The notes below the pieces were generated by a model, which searched no databases, was not told the origin of the DNA, and saw only the letters and a list, made by a program, of their open reading frames with translations. A stretch of DNA of 64,000 nt. Source: Vicugna vicugna. Lineage: Eukaryota. Shown piece by piece: positions 54,021 through 64,000 of this stretch (position 1 is its first letter; the number at the start of each line of letters is the position of its first letter). Location of the stretch: contig MU058059.1 of the NCBI GenBank assembly GCA_013265495.1, positions 1 through 64,000 of the forward strand, written 5' to 3'. The translations under genes and the position numbers were made by a program.

Positions 54021-55049
54021 ATGGCTCCAAACCCGATCCACACGTTCCTCCTGAGTACTTAATGTGCATAACCAGACAGCGGCATCTGCATACATGCCTG
54101 GTTTCAGGGGTCTCTGTGTCATCTCTCCAAGGACTCGGTAAGCGAGCTGAAACTGGGGAAGGGAGCAGAACTGCTGAAGGGCTGGGGGCGTGGGCTCTGC
54201 AGCTAGATTCCTGCTGGACCACTCAACAGGGACGCTCGGGGGCTGGTGAATTAAATTCCCTGTGCCTCCATTTCCTGGCCTGTTTCCTACCCCATGAAGT
54301 TGTGCCTGGATTCAATGAAGTGATGACCACAGGCACGCAGGACGTGCTCAGTAAAGGTCTGCTGCCTGGGAATTCTGCACTTGGCACACCATGGAGCGCA
54401 CAGACGCTGCCTGGTGATGGATGGCGTGGGCTTTCCAAGAAGACTCTCATGCCTGCTTTCAGTTTTCTGGTGACAGAAGGGCAGAAATAATTGAAATATA
54501 TTAAGCAGCAAACTTAAATTCCTTATATACTGCCTACTCCCTTCATTTTTAAGCGAGAGTGGCCCATAGGAAATCCTCCACGGCCCTGCCCTGGGGACTC
54601 ACTTCCATTCTGCATGACGGAGAGGGGGACCTGCTTGCTTGGGCCACCTGAAGCTTGGCTGGCTTCCCAGTGATCCACTCTCAAGTGGCTCCTTTTTGGT
54701 CACAAAGCAGACGTCTTAGGGAGAAAGAAACCTCTGTGGGAACTATTTTTGTATTTGGAGTTTTTTGTTGTTTTTTAAAGAAACCTTGACCTGAGACCTA
54801 TGCATTCCAGATGTATGAGAACTGCTGAGGCCAACAGCTGGCAGTCAGGGAGACTCCAGGCTGCATGAAGTCTCTGCTCTGTGCAGCTCTTGGTCACAGT
54901 GGTGGGGGCAGGATGAAAAAGGAAAAGAGGGACAAGCTTTTTACTGTTTACCTCACCACCTCTAGGCCTGGTACAATGTCAGAAACATAATAGATTTCTG
55001 CGTAAACGTGCCACTGAATGAGTTAAAAAATTCCAACACAAATTTGCTT

Positions 55050-55200
55050 TCACCCTCTGTGTGTGACCTTGAATGAGTCACTTCACCTCTTTGACTCAGT
55101 TTTCCCATCTGTAAAATGGGGATAATAATAGATTGCTCATGAATAGAGGTAATGTGTGTGAATATAGCTTGTGAATGTCAAAGCACCATAAAAATCTGAG
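55050..55200. mobile_element. MIR SINE
   Basis: tgtgtgaccttgaatgagtcacttcacctctttgactcagttttcccatctgtaaaatggggataataata. Confidence 0.8.
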
Positions 55201-57921
55201 ACTAAAGTTTAAAAATCTGCTTCTTCATGGCCACTTTTGAAGTGTGGCCAGCTACAAATATCTTGGGATTTAAAAGCAGTGATATTTTAACTAACATCCT
55301 TCTAAGCATTAAAGTAGGTATTCTAGTATAAGAATATAAAAATAAATGGAATATATATGTACCTCTATGTAAAAATAGAAAAGTCTCAAATATATGAAAA
55401 TTAAAAATATTATACATTTTGGAATAATGAAATTTGTAAATAATATAAATTTTATAGTATATATATATTCTATAGTAAGAATTGGCTCTCCTAAATTGGC
55501 CCACAGACTCAAAAATGTATTTATCTCTCTTCTAAGATCTTTAGAAGTGGGTATCTTCTCTTGCTGCTAATTTTTTTTCCCTTTTTAGCCTTTCCCAAAC
55601 TCAGTTGAAAGAGGGTCACACTAGTTCTGGGAGACCTAAAGCTGTATTAAGCTAGGAATCCACAGGGAACCTTTAAAATGGTATGATTCAAGGTAATTCC
55701 TTCCATCTGAATGTCTCGAACACTTTGCTGATTTTTTTGTTGGGGGAGGTCCTATCCCCACTTGGTTAATAAAGTTTCCCATCTTCATCTTTCCCCTAAG
55801 ATCCAAATGCCACATTTTATTCAGTCTAAGATGCCAGTGCAAACGCCCCAATATTTTTTTGTACCACTAGGAAAGAAACAATCACCACCAATTAAATCCT
55901 GACTCTGTAGATTATATGAGCCATTCCAATATCAAAGACGCTACATGTGAAATATATGGGTCTCAGGAATCCATCAAGAAGCCTTTTAAAGACTATGTGC
56001 AAAAATAAGAACAAGGATGGGTGTAATCTGGGATAGCAGTGCTGGCACCGTATGTTCCTGTTTCTTGGTGATCAAATTAATAACAGCATTCACCTCTGTT
56101 AGGCTTTTGCAAAAAACATAAGTTCACATAATGTCTCATGGTCCTTACAACTATTTCGAAGGATAAGAAGAGTAAGTGTTACCATCTCAGCTTGTTAAAT
56201 AAAGAAACTGAAGTCCAGGGAGGTTAGTAGCAGGTCTAGGGTGACACTGCCCAAAGGAGGATCTGCCATGCACAGTCCAGGGAATTTTTCCCTCTGTATT
56301 TAGATCTTGGCTGTTTTGTAACAACTGTCATCTTATGATCACCTAACGAACACATATTTCAGGTAGGACAATAACTTCTTAGAGTTTTAAAGTCTGTCTG
56401 GAGGAAAAAAAAGTAGTAAAGAATTACATGCCTTGAAATTAATGTGATAAGAAATACTAATGCAGACATGGGAAGTCTTACTTTAAAAAGGCTCTTTCAA
56501 AGCACATGTGGTTTGAGTCTCTGCGTTGGCTTAACTGCTGTCACAAAGTGTAACTCAATGTAGATGGACACTGTGTGCCAATGATGGTCAGAGAGATGAT
56601 GGCTGGGTGTCTGGGAGATGAAGCCATGTGTGAGTGACTCCTGGGGAGCGGATTATCTCAGGATGGGAACGTTGGATGGTGAGGTTTGGAGTAATGAAAA
56701 TGCGTGAGATTTTGGGAAATCTGAGAGCCACAAAAGGAATGCAGACACTTAGAAAGCCGGGACAGCTGGAATGGAGCATGGGCCCTGACATCTCCCAGGG
56801 GAGGCCGGTGCAAATCTGTGAGCAGTCCTGGACCGCAGGGGTGTGGGAGGAGAATGCAGAAACCGAAGGCTGAGGTGAGATTTTTAAAGCAAAGTTCTAT
56901 TTCATCAGGAACCAGAGAAGCTGGGAGAAATAACTGCAGCCATTTGGTTGATTAGGTAGAAATAAAGATGATAACAGCAAGGAAGAGCTGTGGCTGAAAC
57001 AGTGGGCATCAAAAATAGGTTTACATTTGCAAGGCGCCCCCTCGGCAGCTGGTGATTTCTTCAACAATTGGTTATTTCAAGTAAAACAACCAGGAAAACG
57101 AGGGCATTTGGCTCTGGCTGAGGGGGCCGACCTCTTTGGCCTTTCCTGTGCTTCACCCGGAAGGGAATTATGAGAAGGAAAACCTGAACGTACAAAAGGA
57201 GAGCTAGGGAGCTGAGATTTACGGAATAATCTCACGTTTATAGAATAATCTCAAAGGGCTGGAAGTGAAACCTACACTACTCCGTTTTAATCTGTCCAGC
57301 AGTGCCGTGAATTAGGCATTCCAGTTTCCATTCTCCAGCAGTAAAACTGAGACTCAGAAAGCTGGAATGACTTGCCCAAGGTCATCATAACCAGTAGGAG
57401 TCTGCATTTGTCTGATACCAAAGCTTGTAATGCTATCACCCTGCCTCTGATGAATGTACACTGATTGACTGCAGATAAACTTAAAAAAAAACAAAACCAG
57501 AAACAAAAAATGGAGTGCATGCTCCCAAGCTCTGTATTTTTTAAAAATGTTAACTATTGAAATAAGCATATGATCTTGTCCCTTATTTGCTAGCAGGGAT
57601 GAAGGAGCGTTTAAAATCATAAAAACGGAAAGCAATCATGCGGTCAAACAGCGTTCGCTGGCTCGCCCTCTCGTGGCGCCTCACGACCGTGGCGGTTAGG
57701 TTTTGCGGAAACGCACGTGGACAGCACGTGGGGTGTGAGGACACCTGTAGGGCAGCCACCCTCTCAAGGATGCTCTGGGGACCTGCAAGCACCCCGGTGT
57801 TTTCTCGGCATTTGTGAGGCTTCACCCTGGGTATCGAGTTCCCGCCTATCTCTGTACAGAAATGGCTGCGATGTGCTGGCCTTCTAAGCACTTTTAGTGA
57901 GCTCTCAGATTCCCTACTCAC

Positions 57922-57936
57922 TCGGCTCCTTCGCAT
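57922..57936 (-). CDS. DLGAP1: Candidate alternative first coding exon end (MRRSR), phase 0, in frame with exon A
   Basis: aagATG CGA AGG AGC CGA|gtgagt; A at -3; promoter-like motif cluster about 150-200 bp upstream; no transcript evidence available. Confidence 0.4.
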
Positions 57937-58087
57937 CTTCTTTGCAGCTGGGAGGACTGCCTTTCTGCTCCACACAGCTTTCAACTTGACAAATGCGACT
58001 TGGCATAAATGTCCCTGTAGCCTTTTTAGCTTGCTCTTCTCATAGCAAAAGCGGAAAAAAAGAGCAAGAATAGGAAAATTACAATTA

Positions 58088-58150
58088 CATGACGCGTAGA
58101 TCCCAAGGCTTGATTGGTGCTTTGCAATCAGATTTCCCTGGCAACCGCCC
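58088..58150 (-). promoter_or_regulatory. Candidate internal promoter: RFX X-box, CCAAT box and CRE-like site
   Basis: GTTGCCAGGGAAAT (minus, 58145-58132), GCACCAATCA (CCAAT 58117-58113), TGACGCGT (58090-58097) within 60 bp of apparently repeat-free DNA. Confidence 0.45.
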
Positions 58151-60359
58151 TCGAAGCCCGAAGCTGGTGTGAAACTTAATTTGCTTCAGATTGCTTAAAA
58201 ATTACCTTTTAAGGACAAGAGTAAATACCTACCTCTTTTAAAATAAAGCTGATACCCTATGCCACATCTTTCTCCAAAGGACATTTTTAAATACTCCTGA
58301 ATAGAACTTTGTAAACAGTGCTATTAGGTGGTGATTCACACTGTGACCCTATGGAATTACTCTCACTGGTGAGCCAGGTGCCTCACACCAGAGCAGGTGC
58401 TAGGGAGAGACACCAAAAACATTTTATAAAACACAGCCTGGTCTCAAAGGGGGTTACACGTTTTAAGGGGATCAGGCAAACTTGGGGGAATGGATGAAGG
58501 AAAAGAATAAAAAATAGCTTTAAAGCAAATCAAGCTGAGATGAGTATTGAATTTCAGTGCCTCCGAGTTACCTACTGGGTTTGTAGTGTGTTCTTATAAA
58601 TCCTCTTCCTTGGCAGTAAAACGGTTCCCCTGGAGTTGAACATATCTGTGCAAAGTCTTTGCCACTGAGAAAGGAGAAACGCAGGAGAAACACAGAGGCT
58701 CAGGGTCTGTGGCCTCTGGAAGGCGGGGAAGGACCCACAGGCCTTTGGGGGCTGGTAGAAATTGTCACTGAGGCGATGATGATGTCATAGGGGCACCATC
58801 TGGTGGGAAGACAGCATTCTGATACCACAGCAAGGAAGCAAAACTGAGGTACCAGACTGCCGTATGATGTGAGGGCAGGGGAGGAAAACAGATTCCTTTC
58901 ACCGTCCATCCTGGGTTTTGATTGTAGTGGACCTCTGTGGGCTTTGCTACCCTGGTTCTACCTCTGATTCTTGCAGTCACATCACCACAATTCTGCTCTG
59001 GGGAAACCTTGCTCCCCCACAACTTGTCCATGTGTTTCAGGAATAGGGGAGGCGCTGACTTATCACGCGCCCTGGCTCTCTTGTTTGGCTCGGGTCTGAG
59101 CGTGTACTCTCAGCCTGTTCCATCTGAGCATCTCTGGACCCTTGCTCAGAGTGCTGGGACGCAGATGGCTCCTCTCATTCAGCATGTCTGTGGGGAAGCA
59201 GTCAGCCCCAGGGCCTGCTGGTACCCACTTTGTCATCCCTTATATACCAGTATTATCTCAGGTCATGCAAAACCCCAGTGTTGCTATTCATCCCATTGCA
59301 GAGGTGAGAAAATTGAGACTTAGTGCTATTAAGTAACTGTAAAGTTTACAGCTAGTCACTCACAGTCAGAATGGAAAGGCAGGTTTGTCTCACTCAAGTT
59401 TCTGTGTTCCTCGTTCTCCTATCATTCTGCTGCCTGTAAGTTTCAAAACTTAGTAATTTTCCATTAAGCATGAAACTGAAGCATTAAGTTGCTGGGAGAC
59501 AGAGTGCTAGCACATTTGAAGCCTGTAGCCAGTAGTGATGGTTAGCTGCTTGGAAGAACCAAAAGACTGTAAAAAAAAAACAATGTCCACAGATCGCCTG
59601 TCATCCATCCAGCAGTTACACCTGGCTAGAAGTTTTAGTGATATGTAAGCAAGAACACAAACATCCTAAAAGGTAGAAAGATAAAAACAACACAGTCTAG
59701 GTCTATGGTAAATAGATTTATTTCCACTGACTATATAGAAGATAAGCTAATACAGAGCCCTTTCGTTCATCTTTCATGCAACTGTTCATTGCTGCTGTGT
59801 CTTTCTGACATACTAGAGGCAGATCATTATTGTAGTCACTGTCCATCGCATCCCCTGTGCTTTGTAACTATGATTCCAAAAATTGAATTCCCTGGGATTC
59901 CCTGAATCCCAAAACTAGAATTCTGTGCCTGGTGTTCAGGAGCAGAGATGTGGGTAGAAGGTTAGTGATCTTCCTCCCGGGGTCAGTAGAAGCCCAGGTG
60001 TAGAAATACCATCCATCAAAACTGAACTTCAGTGTTGGCTAAAATTTTATAAATCTCCCAGCACGAATGGAGACCCCAGGGCTTGTCAAATGCTTATGAT
60101 TATGGATCTTTTTCCTTAAAACTTAAAGTCTGATCATCTTATTATGAACAAATGGCACAGCTCATATAGGGTCTGTGAAATATCAACTCAAGCATCTCCA
60201 CTATTGATACTTAATTTCAAAACTATGAATTTTGAAATAAATTTCAGCAAGCATTTCCTTTAGTTTATCATTAGGGATAGTAAGTTCCTCCAATGAGGCT
60301 ATAAATGATGACATTTGTGAATCATTAACTTAGATATTTGGTATCTATAAAAAAGTACC

Positions 60360-60990
60360 GAATAGATTTGAGATACAACTACTGGGCATATATCCAGAGA
60401 AAACTCTTAATTTGAAAAGATCCACACACCCCAGTGTTCACAGCAGCACTGTTTACAACAGCCAAGCCATGAAGCAACCTAACTGTCCATTGACAGATGA
60501 CTGGGTAAAAAATATGTGGTATATTTATACAGCAGAAAGTTACTCAGACATAAAAAATGAAATCATGCCATTTGCAGCAGCATGAATGGACCTAGAGATG
60601 ATCATATTAAGTGACATAAGTCAGACAGAGAAAGACAAATAGCACATGATATCACTTACGTGTGGAATCTAAAAAAATTACACAAATGAACTTATAAAAT
60701 AGAAACCGACTCACAGACATAGAAAACAAACTTACGGTTACCAAAGGCAGAGGGGTAAATTAGGAGTTTAGGGTTAGCAGATACACACAACTATATATAA
60801 AATAGGTAAACAACAAGGTCCTACTGTATAGCACAGGGAACTACATTCAATACCTTGTGATAACCTATAATGAAAAAGAGTATGAAAAATAATGCATATA
60901 TAACTGAATCACTATGCTGTACACCAGAAACGAACACAACATTGTATTTCAACTATACTTCAATTAAAAAAAAAAAAGAAAAGAAGAAAA
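60360..60990 (+). mobile_element. 5'-truncated LINE-1 (ORF2 end, 3' UTR, poly(A))
   Basis: actgggcatatatccagagaaaactctt...gcagcactgtttacaacagccaag...caactatacttcaattaaaaaaaa. Confidence 0.92.
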
Positions 60991-62149
60991 GGAGACACAA
61001 CTGAGAATTTCCTGCTTCTCATCACTGTCATCTGGTGACTCCTGCATCTTGGTGCTTGGACTTTTTATTTCAAGTTACACTCACAACCCCTGAAAGTGGG
61101 CCAAAGTAGAATCTTTCCTTCCTGAACGCTGTTCACTCTAATTCAGTAATACTATCATCTATCAAATTACGTGAATCTGGAAAGAACCCATTCGGTCCAG
61201 CGCCGGGGCTGGGGAGCTGGGAAGGGACAAGCGGGGCAGTCTGAGAAGGCTCGGCAAGGTGTGTGTCCTTGGAGCCAAGTGCGAACGTTTGCCAAGGAGG
61301 AAGGAGTAATGAACTATTATGGTGAATTTTTGCTGGTCTTAATCTGTCTAAGACACTAAATCAAGGCTCATGCTAGCCCTGTCATTAGCTGCTTCATGTA
61401 AAGGGTTCTGCTCTTCATTAATTAGCTTGATCTTCCCAGCAGGATGCAAGCTTCTTGAGTCCAAGGCTCTTGTTTCCTCCTCCTCCTCTCTCTGTAGAGC
61501 TGGAGCGTGCAAGTTGGTTTGGACTGTTTCACAGTAAGGAATACATCTGACTTGGGAAGCCAGAGCCTGCGCACGCACAACGGAAGGAAAGGAAGAACTG
61601 CTTAACCACTCTGCATGCCTCGCACTCTCTCTTCTTTTCTATTTTCTTCTACTGTATTCTACTTAATGAAAAATAATGTTGTTTGTGACCCGCTGCATTG
61701 ATTTCACGAACCACTAATTGGTTGCGGCCACTGGTTTGAAAAATGCTGCTTTTTGGGGCTTCCAGCGTGGAGTGCGGCCATGCTCATTGTTAATCAGAGA
61801 GACAACGTTATTCATCTTCGTTTACTCCCAAGCGCCTTCTGTAAACTAAATGCTTAAGATGTGCGTGTTGAATGAATCCTTATGAGACCCTGAAGTAACA
61901 CTCCTTGAACTGAGTGTTCTGGTGCTCAGTTATCTTTACATTTACTGATTGTATTTTTCTAGAAGAGTATTTCTTAACGGCTTTCTGTCTTCAGAACAAG
62001 GACAGACAGGAGGAGTGTCTTCTGGAATGGGCTGAGAGTCAGAGGTTGGAGATGCCCAACCAGATGGAGTGAGTCCACCAGCGGGGTCAGCACGACGTGT
62101 GTAAAGCAGGAGCAGGCAGCCTGACGCTTGAATGCATTTGCATGTTCTT

Positions 62150-62542
62150 TTCATTTTTAATTGACATTTACTTGACTTACAATATTATATTAGTTAGTGT
62201 ACAACATAGTGATTAGGTGTACAACTTAGTGATTCAATACTTTTATAGATTATACTCCATATAAAGTTACTATAAAATATTGGCTATATTCCCTGTGCCA
62301 TACATTATACCCTTGTATCTTATTTATTTTATACCTAGTAGTTTGTACCTCTAAATGTGGCCCCTGAAACCATGAAACTCCTAGAAGAAAACATAGGTGG
62401 TACACTCTGACATCCATCTTAGCAATAATTTTGTAGATCTGTCTCCTTAGGCAAGGGAAACGAACCCAAAAATAAACAAATGGGACCTAATCAAACTTAA
62501 AAGCTTTTGCACGGGGAAGGAAACCATTAGCAAAACGAAAAG
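62150..62542 (-). mobile_element. LINE-1 insertion with 5' inversion
   Basis: Minus-strand 3' UTR (62150-62352) joined to plus-strand ORF2 (PETMKLLEENIG...[15 protein letters not shown]); TSD gcatttgcatgttctt (62134-62149) / gcacttgcctgttctt (62543-62558). Confidence 0.85.
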
Positions 62543-63029
62543 GCACTTGCCTGTTCTTATAGATCAACCTCTGAGGGCCAGAGGCTGTGGGGTTCAAAAC
62601 ATTTTTCAAAACTAAAATGAGTAAATTAAAAGGCTTTCATTTATCTTAGAACAATCCTGTCTTTTTATCCTAATTGATATGGTATTTGATGTCAGTACAA
62701 AACCTCTGTCATTTAAGAACAAGGAAGAAAAAAATCCATTAAATATCTATGACCAAAATAGATGCAGCTGGAACAAAAAAGCTTTAGGAAGAACATGCTT
62801 TAGAATCTTGAAGTGTCCAAGTACAGACATGATGTATCATTCAACCTAGACATTCCAGTCAAGGACTCTTTAAAATGGGAGCCTGGCACATGATTAGCCC
62901 TCAATAAACATCAGGTAATTTCTACCTCCTTCCCCGCACAGCACACCTACAAACGTGGCACATAAGAAAATGGAATAGTTTCCCACCATGCCATTTTTAA
63001 CCAGGCAGTTTTTTCACCTGTAGGGAAGG

Positions 63030-63210
63030 GGCATAGTGCAATGAATATAGTAGAGTTTGGAATCTGGTAGAACTGATTTAAATTTGACTCTGTTACTTAC
63101 TAGACGTGATTTTGGCCCAGTGACCTTAATCTCTTTTAACCTCAGAGTTCTTAAACATAAAATGAGAGCAGGGATACATACTCAGGGAATTACTGTAAGG
63201 ATAAAGATGA
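63030..63210. mobile_element. MIR SINE
   Basis: gagtttggaatctgg..gaactgatttaaatttgactctgttacttactagacgtgattttgg. Confidence 0.6.
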
Positions 63211-63469
63211 CATAAATGTATATATAAATATTATATATGTAAATATAATATTGATTAAGTAAAAGCTTGTTTCTTGGAATTCAGAAGGTATGTTGGAAGT
63301 GATGGTTAAGTTCCCATGTGGGGCCAGCTCCTACAGCCTGCGACTTCATACTAGAGCTGACCCGGGGTGGTCTGTGTAATGGATCCAAGGCTCTTTTCTC
63401 CTGGGGGTGGGGGGCTGAGGGTGGGGAAGATCAGTGTGCTGGGGGGAATCTGCAGTGGCCTGTGTGTAA

Positions 63470-63849
63470 GGGGTAGTGGGTTAGTCAGGCTTCTCAGTGC
63501 AGAACAGAATCAACAGAGGTTTCTTTTAAAGAATCAGCTCACGTGGTTGTGGGGGTGGCAAGTGTGAAATCTGCCAGGCAGGCTGGTAGGCTAGACGCTC
63601 AGGCAGGAGCTAAGGCTGCCACCTGCAGGCAGGGTTTCTTCTGCTCCTGGAACCCTAGGTCTGTTCTTAGGCCTCCACCTGACTGGCCCACCCATATTTT
63701 CAGGAGTCAGCTCCTTTCCTTCAAGTCAGTTGATTGAAGATGTTAACCATATCTACAAAATTCCTGCCCAGTGACACCTTGATTAGGGTTTGACTAAATA
63801 ACTGGGTCCTCTAGCCTAGCCAGGTGGCCACCCAGAACCAACCATCACA
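63470..63849. mobile_element. MLT2-type ERVL solo LTR
   Basis: gggttagtcaggcttctc..cagaacagaatcaacag...ggcaagtgtgaaatctg..ggcaggctggtaggctag...aaccatcaca. Confidence 0.75.
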
Positions 63850-64000
63850 GGTGGGAACTCGAGCGGCGGCTTCCAGGGTGGTAATCAGGTGCCCAGGGAC
63901 CCCACAAAGGCCATCCGAGCAGCGTGAGCCTCTACTGTGCTGCCTTTGCGCCCAGCACCTGGGAGAGCGCCTGGCACGTGAATTTCATTGATAGGTTTTT

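Noticed and set aside
57224..57253. Direct repeat GAATAATCTCA twice
   Set aside because: Small local duplication; no array or CRISPR-like periodicity
57583..57984. 133-aa minus-strand ORF as an independent gene
   Set aside because: Non-ATG start and no recognisable homology; only the MRRSR segment before the donor is of interest

Overview
Mammalian genomic DNA, probably a camelid: it carries tRNA-derived Vic-1-like SINEs and cetartiodactyl-type L1 3' ends, and I saw no bovine BovB/Bov-tA or porcine PRE1 copies. The whole window lies inside DLGAP1 (SAPAP1/GKAP), transcribed on the minus strand. Three coding exons with canonical GT-AG boundaries (49578-49364, 9491-9314, 5907-5667; 215/178/241 nt) splice in frame and together encode all five R-x-x-S-Y-x-x-A guanylate-kinase-binding repeats. 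The rest is intron: L1, L2, MIR, MaLR/MLT and hAT MER repeats, two large microsatellites, several CpG-rich patches and strong CTCF and RFX motifs. Nearly all other ORFs in the track are spurious. No wholly new system is evident. The best leads are (1) a candidate alternative first exon with an X-box/CCAAT/CRE-like promoter that would put MRRSR in frame on the 215-nt exon, (2) an exon junction that recreates a 5' splice site, (3) a 393-nt stop-free two-exon module flanked by inverted L1s (circRNA candidate), and (4) an intronic CpG island followed by an antisense splice donor. Repeat family names come from pattern recognition and were not checked by database search.
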